IMG/VR virus record: IMGVR_UViG_3300042895_001344
Location: 124,001-188,000 of that record
Strand: one strand, 5' to 3'
Length of the DNA: 64,000 nt
The notes below the pieces were generated by a model that was given only the letters and a program-made list of their open reading frames with translations, ran no database searches and was not told the origin of the DNA. Shown here in pieces: positions 19,973-29,688 of the stretch. Made by a program: the position numbers and the translations under genes. Each line of letters begins with the position of its first letter. Positions within the stretch are counted from its first letter, which is position 1.

Positions 19973-21724
19973 ATGGAAAAGAAAATACCTGAGGTTGAAG
20001 CAAGGGAAATATTAAATGAATATGACGGATCTAATAATGTTTTATTAGAATACAAACGTAAATTTGTGGAAGTTAAAAACTTTAAATTAACTCGTCCACA
20101 GTCGGAATACGTCATCAAATATAAAGACACTGCCCCTAAAGTTGCTCGTAAACATATCAATATCGTTTCAACATTTGGTGAGAAATTAATGGAAGAAATG
20201 TTATTACCATTACCACCCGAAAAAGTATGGTGTGAAAAATTGTTATGTGAATCTGATAAGGCATTTCATATTTGGGGTAAAGTAATTGACAGTCAACAAA
20301 ACCACGCGATGTGGTTACCTAAATCCGCAATCGTTCAAGAAGAGAAAAAGTTAAATCGCGTAATTGATTATAGTCCGTATGATAATCGTCCTCCTATGGA
20401 ACATCAGAAGGTCGCCATTGAGAAATTATTAGCGAACAATAAGTTTATATTGGCCGATGACATGGGTCTTGGAAAAACGACGGCAGCCGTTATTGCGTCA
20501 ATGGAAAGCGGAGCTAAAAAAGTTTTAATTGTTTGTCCTGCATCTCTTAAAATAAATTGGGATAGAGAGATTAAAAATTACACAGATAGAAAAGTATTAA
20601 TAGTGGAAGGTCGTAAATGGGGTTCTACTTTTGACTACTACATTATCAATTATGATATATTAAAAAATTATCACACCACAGAAAAAAGTGAAGATAGTGA
20701 CGATTATAAATTATTAGTAAATGAAAAGTTTGATTTGGCAATTGTGGATGAAGCACATTATGTTAGTAATAGTACCGCAAATAGAACTCGTTTATTAAAT
20801 GATGTATTGGAAACCATACCACGAGTTTGGTTATTAACGGGAACGCCAATGACATCAAGACCAATAAATTATTTCAACTTATTAAAGATTGTTGACTCAC
20901 CTTTAACATTAAATTGGCAATCATACGTTCGTCGTTATTGTAAAGGTTATCAATTCACGGTTGGAAATAGAAAAGTGTGGAACACAAGTGGCGCAAGTAA
21001 TTTGGATGAGTTAAGAGAAAGAACAAAGTCATATGTTCTTCGTAGAATGAAAACAGATATTTTAGATTTACCTGAAAAAATTGTTACACCTGTATTTGTA
21101 GAGTTAAGTAGTAAAATGTATGACGAGGAGTTAGAAGAGTTTACAAGAATAAGTAATGATAATAAAGATAAAGAAACATTAAGTGTAACATTAAATCGTT
21201 TAATGAAAATTAGACAACTTATTGCTTATGAAAAAATTCCATACACTTGTGAGATTATAGATAAATGTTTAGACCAAGGAAAAAAAGTAATCGTATTCAC
21301 CAACTTTACGATGTCATTAGATATGTTACATGAGAAATATAAAAAGAACTCTGTAATATTAAATGGTAGTATGTCTAAAGAAAAGAAACAAGAGAGTGTT
21401 GATAGATTTCAAAATGAAGATAAAATAAAAATATTTATTTCAAATATTATTGCAGGTGGTGTTGGTATTACATTAACTGCGGGTGAAGTTGTGGTTATGA
21501 ATGATTTATCATTTGTTCCAGCTCATCATAGTCAAGCTGAAGATAGAGCATATCGTTACGGACAACAGAATAGTGTGTTAGTTTATTATCCCGTGTTTGA
21601 GAATACGGTTGAGAAAATTATATATAATATATTACAAAAGAAAAAGAACGTCATTGACCAAGTAATGGGTGACGGAGAATATTCCGAATCGTTCAGTAAA
21701 GACCTACTTAAAAGTCTCTTTTAA
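19973..21724 (+). CDS. SNF2/SMARCAL1-family SF2 helicase
   Basis: ADDMGLGKT (motif I), IVDEAH (II), LTGTP (III), VGITLT and QAEDRAYRYGQ (V, VI). Confidence 0.95.
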   Translation: MEKKIPEVEAREILNEYDGSNNVLLEYKRKFVEVKNFKLTRPQSEYVIKYKDTAPKVARKHINIVSTFGEKLMEEMLLPLPPEKVWCEKLLCESDKAFHIWGKVIDSQQNHAMWLPKSAIVQEEKKLNRVIDYSPYDNRPPMEHQKVAIEKLLANNKFILADDMGLGKTTAAVIASMESGAKKVLIVCPASLKINWDREIKNYTDRKVLIVEGRKWGSTFDYYIINYDILKNYHTTEKSEDSDDYKLLVNEKFDLAIVDEAHYVSNSTANRTRLLNDVLETIPRVWLLTGTPMTSRPINYFNLLKIVDSPLTLNWQSYVRRYCKGYQFTVGNRKVWNTSGASNLDELRERTKSYVLRRMKTDILDLPEKIVTPVFVELSSKMYDEELEEFTRISNDNKDKETLSVTLNRLMKIRQLIAYEKIPYTCEIIDKCLDQGKKVIVFTNFTMSLDMLHEKYKKNSVILNGSMSKEKKQESVDRFQNEDKIKIFISNIIAGGVGITLTAGEVVVMNDLSFVPAHHSQAEDRAYRYGQQNSVLVYYPVFENTVEKIIYNILQKKKNVIDQVMGDGEYSESFSKDLLKSLF

Positions 21725-21907
21725 TTCTTTAATTTTATCAGTTAATAACTGATCAAACTCCTTATCTTCAATATCGGGAATATTAACTACGATGGTTTTA
21801 GGGTCTAAAGTATAGTCTATATAGTTAGTTTCTCCCTCTTTTTGTAAGTGGAACACAAAATCGTTAATCCCACAGATACTGAATAATTCGTTTAGTTTCT
21901 CGTTCAT
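21704..21907 (-). CDS. Small hypothetical protein
   Basis: 67-aa ORF with ATG and natural composition, convergent with the helicase. Confidence 0.55.
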   Translation of the reverse strand: MNEKLNELFSICGINDFVFHLQKEGETNYIDYTLDPKTIVVNIPDIEDKEFDQLLTDKIKELKETFK

Positions 21908-21922
21908 AATAGAAATATAAGA

Positions 21923-21930
21923 TATTTATA
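21923..21930 (+). promoter_or_regulatory. Late motif TATTTATA
   Basis: Upstream of neck gene. Confidence 0.75.
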
Positions 21931-21945
21931 AGAATAAATCAAATT

Positions 21946-23061
21946 ATGTCTCAAATTATTTCACAAGCGGAAAAAGATAAATTATATACTCAGGTATTCC
22001 ACCTTTTAGGTATGCCTGTTCGTGGTATTGAACTTACCGAAGAACAAATGGATACCTTCATGGAATTGGCTTTATCTGAATACGAACAATACGTTAGTGA
22101 TTGGTTGATTGAATCTCAATGGTCGGCACTTGCGGGATTAGATATAGATACACAATCATTATCAAGAGCGTTTACAACAAGAAGTTTAGATTACGAAACA
22201 CAATATACTCACTCATACTCCAAAATTGTAGGTTTACAAGCTGGTGGTGATTGGGAACTAAAAAAGGATTATTTTACACTTTCAGGAGAAACCCAAGTTT
22301 ATGAAATTCCTGCTGGTCGTGAAGTAAATGAATTATTATGGTTTGCTCGTGCTGAATTAAGTGATTCATTTGTTGATCCGTTTATGGCGGGATTTGGTGG
22401 TCTTGGTGGATTAGGTTTCGGTGGTGCCGGTGGATTTGCACAGATGGGTAATGCTGGTTCTTATTTTATGACGCCAGCATTTGACTTATTATTAAGAATG
22501 CAAGATAGAAGTATTAAAAATAGACTAATTGGTGGTGATTTGACTTATAGAATAACTGCGGGTCCTGAAGGTAAAAAATTAGTTCATTTATATAATGTAC
22601 CGGGTGGTAAATTTGATTTTGGTTCAATAAAACAAAAAAATTATAATGTTTGGTATTGGTATTATGATACTATGGATAGAGACACCTGTCTTAAAGATAA
22701 TAAGGATGTAATTAAATTACCGTCCGATGTTGATACTGAACAATTGGTATGGGAAAACTTAAATAAACCAGCTCAAAACTGGGTTAGAAAGTATTTGATT
22801 GCTTATTCTAAAGAAGGTTTAGGTCGTATTTGGGGTAAATTTTCGGGTGATTTACAAGTTCCTGACAGTCAAGTTAAGTTAGATTATCAATCTTTAATTA
22901 CGGAAGGTAAAGATGAGAAATCTAAATTAGTTGAAGAACTTATGGCGAGATTGGAAAGACTCCGCCCCGACAAACTTCTTGAAAGAAAAGGTGCCGAAGC
23001 GGAGAATCTTAATAAGGCACTTAAGTTTAGAGCGATGCCTTCATCTATTATTGTTATCTAA
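21946..23061 (+). CDS. Neck / head-tail adaptor protein (gp13-like)
   Basis: LGMPVRGIELTEEQMD N-terminus; WVRKYLIAYSKEGLGRIWGKF...DYQSLITEG C-terminus; late motif upstream. Confidence 0.75.
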   Translation: MSQIISQAEKDKLYTQVFHLLGMPVRGIELTEEQMDTFMELALSEYEQYVSDWLIESQWSALAGLDIDTQSLSRAFTTRSLDYETQYTHSYSKIVGLQAGGDWELKKDYFTLSGETQVYEIPAGREVNELLWFARAELSDSFVDPFMAGFGGLGGLGFGGAGGFAQMGNAGSYFMTPAFDLLLRMQDRSIKNRLIGGDLTYRITAGPEGKKLVHLYNVPGGKFDFGSIKQKNYNVWYWYYDTMDRDTCLKDNKDVIKLPSDVDTEQLVWENLNKPAQNWVRKYLIAYSKEGLGRIWGKFSGDLQVPDSQVKLDYQSLITEGKDEKSKLVEELMARLERLRPDKLLERKGAEAENLNKALKFRAMPSSIIVI

Positions 23062-25955
23062 ATTTCAATCGCGTGAAACGCATAATCGTGATTGTTATTT
23101 TCAATTATTTCTTCTTCATTTGATTTGGTACTTTCAGCTTGAAGTGTAACAACTTTTCTATTATGTTCCACCCAATATTGGTCTGCAAGTTCTAAACTAT
23201 TTTCAACATACATGAAGTAAGGATCACGTCCAACTCTATTCCAAAAAATCACTTCACTATCAGACAAAGTCATAACTTCATCTAATTTATCTTGACCTTC
23301 TTCTTTTAATGGAAAACCATTAACTAAATCACATTGTGCTTTTGTAAAGTATTGTCTATCTTTTGGGTCTTCAATTAGTATATCTTCTCTGATTGCCGGA
23401 TTGAAAACAACTAATAAAGGTTCAACACGTTTGTTAAAATTATTAAGATAACGAGGAACATTATAATCACCTTTTAAATCAGGATTATTTAATATTTCTT
23501 TTTCATCAATCATATAACAATTCACTTCTATGTAATCATTTGGCATCGGGTAACCATTCTTCGCTGTGAATTCTTCTTGTTGTTTCTTAGTTGGTTTAGC
23601 AATCTTTTGTACGTCACCTGATGATTTCTTCGTACCGTTATTTACATAATAAATTGTATCACCTAAACCCGCAGGATAATCACTATTCATAATTAATTCC
23701 ATATGTGCTTGACGAGACATTAATGAACCAGCCTTAGTAGTTTTCATAACATACTTTTTATATTCATTAATACTTTGTTTAACACGCGCTTTGTTTGCAA
23801 TTTTTGATAATGGAATTTCTTTATCAAATATCTTCGTTACATAATCATAATACAATTCCACAAACGAATGACCATCTCCATTTAACAAATACTTTAATCC
23901 TTCATCTAAGAACTCAACAATATATGTTTGTAATTTTTTAGATTTAATTGTATTACCCGTTAATTTAATTTTCTCTTTTCCTTTCTTTATAATTTTAATA
24001 ATATAGTTCTTACGAGAAACATTAATACAAGCTGGTGCAACATAGTCAATATCTAATCCCATTTCACCTCTCATAAAAATATCATTGAACTCTGCAGTAT
24101 GTGCTTCAATACCTACATATTCTTTTCCTTCTGTAACTAATTCATTTAATCCTTTACCAACGTATATTGCATCTTTTGCACTCTCAGGTGTTTCAAAGTT
24201 CACACCATCCGTATCCATTACGAGAGGTTTATAACCCTTCTTCATGTAGAACATAATCATCATACGTAAACACTGACGACCAATACAGGTAATGGTTTCA
24301 CCTGAATTCATTTCACCCCAAGGAAATACATGTGGTGCGGATAAACTACCGAAATATGCGTTGATAAAAATCTTGATTGGTAATTGTTTACGATCATATA
24401 CCTCCGACATTGCAGGATCACTATTCTTTAATTCACCCGATAAGTTTTTATATTTTATACGAATGTTTCTGAAATATTTTAACATTGATTTCTGAACTCC
24501 CATAACATCACAATCAGGAAACACATCATACACTAATTGAATAGACGGATAGAGTGATGAATAGTCAAACTTAACAATGTTCTTTGCAAATCCCACATTT
24601 AATAAACGAGATAGACCTCCTGTGAAAGCACGTTTCTCATCTTTTGCTGGTATTGCCAAGTTGTGTTCGTATGACCACGCTAACATGATAATTTTCCACA
24701 GTGTTGCAGTTCCCATAGTTGCAATTCTTTCATACGTGGTAGGAACCAATTTAGAAAGTAAAAATGTTGATTGAGAGAAACTATCATCTACGATCATAGT
24801 CTCATACAAATCATCATCAAGATATTGTTCTACAATTTTTCTTCCCGTCCATATCTCAAACTTGCCAGGATATTTCTGTGTTAAATTTTCTGTACCGGGT
24901 TCACCAATTTGTTTATAACCACCCGTCTTTGGATTTACATAATAACTTTCGTTCTCCAAATATATTTTGGAAATCTTTGCACCATCTACGTATACACGAT
25001 TAGGTTTTTCTTTCTCCAAATATGTTGTAATATATTTTAATCCCCAACTTTTAATTTCAGAGTTAATAGCTTGTGCTCTACGAACTGAATGTGCAATATC
25101 AATAATATTAAATCCCCAAATAACGTGTTGTTTATATGGTTCAATTTCATTTGCAAGTTTTAACATTCCCTCTTTCTCTTTCATTCCTTGTGTTGTAAAG
25201 ATTTGTGTTAAACCATCAACATCAACACCAAGAATTTCTGCACGTTTTAATATAAAAGGCCAATCAAAAAACGCTGAGTTATAACCTGCAACAATAGTTG
25301 GTTTTAAATCTTTAATATACTTAAAAAATCTTTCTATACATTTCTTTTCACCGTCTTCACCAAACGCTGGAATTGTTTCATTCATACCACGATTGTCTTT
25401 TACTCCAATCAATATAATAACACAAGTCTCAGGATCCAAACCTGTGGTCTCAATATCAAATACAAATCTATTGACTCCACCGTAATCTTCAATACCTTTA
25501 AATAATCTTTTTTTCTTTTGTATAAGGTATTGTTCAACAGGGTTTAAGATTGTAAAATTATGTCTAACTTTTTCGTCCCATGGATTTAATCCACCCATTC
25601 TAAAGAACGAAACTAAATCCGTATATGATTTAATACTCTTAACGATATGGGTCATACCATTTTCTAAACGTTCGTTTCCGTGTGTGTCTAACTTTTCAAT
25701 TAATATACCAAACTCACCCATACGTTTCTTTTGCATGGCTTTTGAGTTGTTATAGAAATTTAAACCTGTTAAATCACCCACCCATAAAAACGGAGTAAAT
25801 GTATCAGTTTTAATAATTTTACCCTCAATTGGGTCCTGAATAATCTTGTAGATTGTGTTGGTTGGGTAGTCGTATTCAACTCCGACGATATACATTTCAT
25901 CGTCTCCACCATTAAGGAAGCCTTCAATAACTTCCTGAGAGATAACCTCTTTCAT
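23058..25955 (-). CDS. polB: Family B DNA polymerase
   Basis: ExoI FDIETTG, ExoII YNSAFFDWPFI, ExoIII YLDDD, motif A FDYSSLYPS, motif B KIFINAYFG, motif C MDTDG. Confidence 0.95.
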   Translation of the reverse strand: MKEVISQEVIEGFLNGGDDEMYIVGVEYDYPTNTIYKIIQDPIEGKIIKTDTFTPFLWVGDLTGLNFYNNSKAMQKKRMGEFGILIEKLDTHGNERLENGMTHIVKSIKSYTDLVSFFRMGGLNPWDEKVRHNFTILNPVEQYLIQKKKRLFKGIEDYGGVNRFVFDIETTGLDPETCVIILIGVKDNRGMNETIPAFGEDGEKKCIERFFKYIKDLKPTIVAGYNSAFFDWPFILKRAEILGVDVDGLTQIFTTQGMKEKEGMLKLANEIEPYKQHVIWGFNIIDIAHSVRRAQAINSEIKSWGLKYITTYLEKEKPNRVYVDGAKISKIYLENESYYVNPKTGGYKQIGEPGTENLTQKYPGKFEIWTGRKIVEQYLDDDLYETMIVDDSFSQSTFLLSKLVPTTYERIATMGTATLWKIIMLAWSYEHNLAIPAKDEKRAFTGGLSRLLNVGFAKNIVKFDYSSLYPSIQLVYDVFPDCDVMGVQKSMLKYFRNIRIKYKNLSGELKNSDPAMSEVYDRKQLPIKIFINAYFGSLSAPHVFPWGEMNSGETITCIGRQCLRMMIMFYMKKGYKPLVMDTDGVNFETPESAKDAIYVGKGLNELVTEGKEYVGIEAHTAEFNDIFMRGEMGLDIDYVAPACINVSRKNYIIKIIKKGKEKIKLTGNTIKSKKLQTYIVEFLDEGLKYLLNGDGHSFVELYYDYVTKIFDKEIPLSKIANKARVKQSINEYKKYVMKTTKAGSLMSRQAHMELIMNSDYPAGLGDTIYYVNNGTKKSSGDVQKIAKPTKKQQEEFTAKNGYPMPNDYIEVNCYMIDEKEILNNPDLKGDYNVPRYLNNFNKRVEPLLVVFNPAIREDILIEDPKDRQYFTKAQCDLVNGFPLKEEGQDKLDEVMTLSDSEVIFWNRVGRDPYFMYVENSLELADQYWVEHNRKVVTLQAESTKSNEEEIIENNNHDYAFHAIEI

Positions 25956-26045
25956 GTTTTATATTTTTTTAATGTGACGTATTAGCTTGTGGAAAACCAC
26001 AGTTTGCCTTGTTTACATTAATAAGTATAAGAAAAAAAGGGGGTA

Positions 26046-26402
26046 TTAAAAAATATTGATGTATAATTTTTCTTTAACGGGTAGGATAAGAATATTTCCA
26101 TTATCAAATGTAATCGTTATCTTACCCTCAAATCTACCAACTTGTGATGTGTGTTCAGTTGTAAATCTATGTGTGATATAATATTCGTCAGTTGTATAGT
26201 TATACTTCTTTGTTCTATTGGTTAAAAGACATTCAGATCCTAAAACCATAGGTTCTCCCGTTGTCACATCAGACATTTCAAAGGTGATTGTTGTACCACT
26301 TGCTAACATTTCATTGAATGATGACTTATCGTTTTTACCGTCGTCAATCATTCTCATCTTTAATATTGGGTCAGTTGCCCCTTGTCTTATGTGAAATTCC
26401 AT
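26046..26402 (-). CDS. BppU-like baseplate upper-protein domain
   Basis: FHIRQGATDP...GRFEGKITITFDNGNILILP pattern; late motif upstream. Confidence 0.55.
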   Translation of the reverse strand: MEFHIRQGATDPILKMRMIDDGKNDKSSFNEMLASGTTITFEMSDVTTGEPMVLGSECLLTNRTKKYNYTTDEYYITHRFTTEHTSQVGRFEGKITITFDNGNILILPVKEKLYINIF

Positions 26403-26406
26403 ATGT

Positions 26407-26414
26407 TATAAATA
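26407..26414 (-). promoter_or_regulatory. Late motif TATTTATA
   Basis: Upstream of BppU-like gene. Confidence 0.75.
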
Positions 26415-26445
26415 CATTAAGAACCGAATGTTGTTTATGTTTGGT

Positions 26446-27090
26446 TTAATTGGTGGTTTCTAATGTTTTCTGAAAATACCTTTCAATTCTTTTACTTAAT
26501 CGGACTCTTACATCGGTTGTGGTTCTACCCACCACATCGTATGGTAATATAAAACCAAAACTTAGGAAAACTCTTCTTGATTTGAATTCGTTTGTCCAAT
26601 GTTTGTATAACGATGCCTCAAATCCGTATAAATCACCTTCATTTATTTTTATAACATCTTTATCTAAAAACAATTCGTAATCCTCCGATAAAACACTAAT
26701 ATTACATTTATAATTAACATGTCCTTCAACTGCCGCATCATAGTGAGGATTTATCTTTCCACCACTATTCATATCTACCGCTTGTAAAAAGATATGGTTT
26801 TTAGGAAATTCAAATTCTTCCGAAATTCTATCAATAATGGTATCAATAAAATCAGGTAGTTTATCTTTTGAAACATCTGATACCGCTTGAAACTTTGTAA
26901 TATAATTTGTAAAAGGTGTATCCGAAATATCAAACATATAAGTTTTACCTTTTAGTTCTTTTGATAATTCCGAAAGATGGTGATTAGCACCATTACCACT
27001 ATGGTCAATTGAGTCTATCCAATTTATTATTTGTTTGGACTCGGATGGTGTAATAAATCCCCTTTTAATTTTATAATTATTATTTTCCAA
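26446..27090 (-). CDS. 2OG-Fe(II) oxygenase
   Basis: GGKINPHYD (HxD) ... KHW (His) ... RRVFLSF (Arg) in a double-stranded beta-helix pattern. Confidence 0.8.
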   Translation of the reverse strand: MENNNYKIKRGFITPSESKQIINWIDSIDHSGNGANHHLSELSKELKGKTYMFDISDTPFTNYITKFQAVSDVSKDKLPDFIDTIIDRISEEFEFPKNHIFLQAVDMNSGGKINPHYDAAVEGHVNYKCNISVLSEDYELFLDKDVIKINEGDLYGFEASLYKHWTNEFKSRRVFLSFGFILPYDVVGRTTTDVRVRLSKRIERYFQKTLETTN

Positions 27091-27328
27091 TTTTTTTCAA
27101 ATTATGTTTTGCTAAAAACTCTTTTGGGTTCATCGCCTCTATTATAGTTAATTCAGCAGAATCCATCATCTGTTTAGCCTTTTCTTCCGTAACCGCCATT
27201 ACACACAATTTGTGAGTTGAAGGTAATTCTCCGTTTGGTGATAAATCTATTTTTAAGATATTATCATCTTTCATTTTTTCTTTTGCTTGCTGAACTTTGG
27301 AGTCCTCACATAATATACATATTCTCAT
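27080..27328 (-). CDS. Small hypothetical protein (82 aa)
   Basis: Coupled between fibre and oxygenase genes. Confidence 0.6.
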   Translation of the reverse strand: MRICILCEDSKVQQAKEKMKDDNILKIDLSPNGELPSTHKLCVMAVTEEKAKQMMDSAELTIIEAMNPKEFLAKHNLKKIGK

Positions 27329-27343
27329 ATTTCTTTTGTTTTA

Positions 27344-29623
27344 TTAGTCGTCTATAGCTTCAGTGATTGCCGATGATATATACCAGTTACCATTATTATC
27401 TAATGCAGTTAATATAGGTGTTCCATCAAACCTTCTTTGAATAGTTTTGTTATAATATTCATAAACCATTGGGGTTGCACCAATCGTATCTACCGTCAAA
27501 ACTAAATCACTCGTTCCACCAAATGAACCAGAAGCAATTGTTATTGTATCACCTGTTAGGTATAGTTTTCCAATAGTTGAAGTTTCAACATCACTAACAA
27601 AACTTGACGCAACAGTGATAGTAAATACTGAATCTACTCCTGCACCTGATGATGTTCCAGTTACACCTGTATAAACTCCATCGGTTCCAGCAGTTGATGT
27701 GTATGAATAAGGACCAATAGGGTTTCCTAAATATGTGGTAAAATCCGTAGAACTGACAGGAGTTTCTATTCTATTAAATTGAAAATCGTTACCTATTGTA
27801 TTGTTTTCAAACTCATCTCCAATATTATTATTATAGAAATATTCCCCAATTGTGTTGGCATTAAAATAGTTTCCAATTACATTACCTCTACTATTGCTTC
27901 CACCATATCCAAAACCTTCACCGATGTTGTTACTATAAAAACTATTTCCAATTTGATTATATCTAAAATCATCTGTTATTCCGTTATCAAAAAAATTATT
28001 TAATATAAAATTATTTTGAAAATATGATCCTATATCGTTTGAATAAAAGTCGTTTCCAATGTTATTATTTTCAAAATAATTTTCAATCTCATTTCCCCCA
28101 AAGTCGTTCCCAATTTTATTATCATCAAACTGACCCACTATTAAATTCGCCTTAAAATCATTACCAATATGATTGTCCTCAAAAGTTGAACTATTATTAA
28201 TTGTCCCTAATGTATTATTGTGAAAACCAAACCCAATTGTATTCCTATAAAAAGAGTGATAAATATTATTTGTATAGAAATTATCCCCCACCGTGTTATT
28301 ATTAAAATCATTTTTAATAAAATTACTGTAAAAATTACCAACTACGTTATCATCAAAACTATATTGTATAATATTATTATAAAAATAGGATTTTAATATG
28401 TTATTGGCGAAAGAGTCGTCACCAGTGTAAAAATTACCATAGAATGATCCCATTATTAAATTATAATCAAAATCATTTGAGTCATTATCACCTAAATTGT
28501 TGTTATAAAAATCATTTTGAATAATATTATTTGTGAAATCACATATAATTATGTTATCGTAAAAATCCGAAGATATTGTGTTGTAATCAAAATCATTATC
28601 AATTATGTTACCATAGAAATTACCACTAATTGTATTATTTCCACAACTATCATTAAAGGTATTGTTTCTAAAATTACTTCCAAAAGAGTTATCTCTATAT
28701 GGGCCACTTCTAAAAACATTATTTGAAAGTAAGAAAGTATCTTCATTTTCTATAGTGTTTGCAACTCTATTACCACAAGTATTGTTAAAACATTCATCAT
28801 AACTTGTGAATGTATTGTATTGGCTAAATCCTGTGTTAGAAAAGATATTATTTTGTTTGTAAGACATTCCATTATCGGTTACACTGTCAGTATAGAAAGT
28901 GTCATTGACGCTATAAATTGTACGTCCCGTAACAGTCATACTCGTTTCTGCATCAATAGAAACAATTTCATAAAAATTTACACCATACGCCGTATTTGGA
29001 TTCACGATACCTATAACTTCTCCGGTAGTTCTACCTGTAAAATTTGTTCCTACACCCGTTACAACACCAACACTATTAATACTTACTTTTCCGTCATAAA
29101 TTTCCTCGGCACTATATGCGTTATATCTCTTGAATAATACTTCTCTAAAGTCATAATCAAAAGCATTTCCTTTATCGTCAATTCTGTATGTTATTCTACC
29201 AAACGCAGCACCCGCGGTAACTTCAGTAGATGTAAAATATGGATCATATTGTATTGTATCACCTGAATATTCTGGTTGATATGCGTGTTCTGAAATTTTA
29301 TCAACATCAGTTGCCAACACAAGTATAGGTGCCACATTACCTTGTTTGTAATTACCCGTTTCAATTGTACTACCAGTGTGGTCATAATCAGGTTGGTCAT
29401 AACAAGTTTTGAAATCTGTAATTAAATAATGTTTACCTGGTGTTAATGTTGCACCTGTTAAAAGAGAATATAACTCACTATGTGTTACTTCCTCATATAT
29501 TGAGACACTTAGTAAATTACTTACGCTTACTTTTTTAGTTTCTCCGTTGTTAACTATTGGTAACATATCTCCCGATAAAGGTTCGGTAAGTTCATTTAAT
29601 AGTGAAATTTTTTGATCTGCCAT
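27344..29623 (-). CDS. Tail fibre/spike with Asn-rich beta-helix repeats
   Basis: N-terminal MADQKISLL attachment-type motif; many roughly 9-aa N-x-F-x-x-N-x-I-G repeats; C-terminal G..GDTITI..GG..DLVLTV fibre motif. Confidence 0.7.
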   Translation of the reverse strand: MADQKISLLNELTEPLSGDMLPIVNNGETKKVSVSNLLSVSIYEEVTHSELYSLLTGATLTPGKHYLITDFKTCYDQPDYDHTGSTIETGNYKQGNVAPILVLATDVDKISEHAYQPEYSGDTIQYDPYFTSTEVTAGAAFGRITYRIDDKGNAFDYDFREVLFKRYNAYSAEEIYDGKVSINSVGVVTGVGTNFTGRTTGEVIGIVNPNTAYGVNFYEIVSIDAETSMTVTGRTIYSVNDTFYTDSVTDNGMSYKQNNIFSNTGFSQYNTFTSYDECFNNTCGNRVANTIENEDTFLLSNNVFRSGPYRDNSFGSNFRNNTFNDSCGNNTISGNFYGNIIDNDFDYNTISSDFYDNIIICDFTNNIIQNDFYNNNLGDNDSNDFDYNLIMGSFYGNFYTGDDSFANNILKSYFYNNIIQYSFDDNVVGNFYSNFIKNDFNNNTVGDNFYTNNIYHSFYRNTIGFGFHNNTLGTINNSSTFEDNHIGNDFKANLIVGQFDDNKIGNDFGGNEIENYFENNNIGNDFYSNDIGSYFQNNFILNNFFDNGITDDFRYNQIGNSFYSNNIGEGFGYGGSNSRGNVIGNYFNANTIGEYFYNNNIGDEFENNTIGNDFQFNRIETPVSSTDFTTYLGNPIGPYSYTSTAGTDGVYTGVTGTSSGAGVDSVFTITVASSFVSDVETSTIGKLYLTGDTITIASGSFGGTSDLVLTVDTIGATPMVYEYYNKTIQRRFDGTPILTALDNNGNWYISSAITEAIDD

Positions 29624-29644
29624 TTTGTGTTTGTTTTTCTTTTA

Positions 29645-29671
29645 TATAAATAGTTTTATTTTTTGTCTATT
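29645..29671 (-). promoter_or_regulatory. Late motif in duplicated 27-bp cassette (copy 1)
   Basis: 25/27 identical to 32675-32701. Confidence 0.75.
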
Positions 29672-29688
29672 ACTTAGTATTTTTATTA

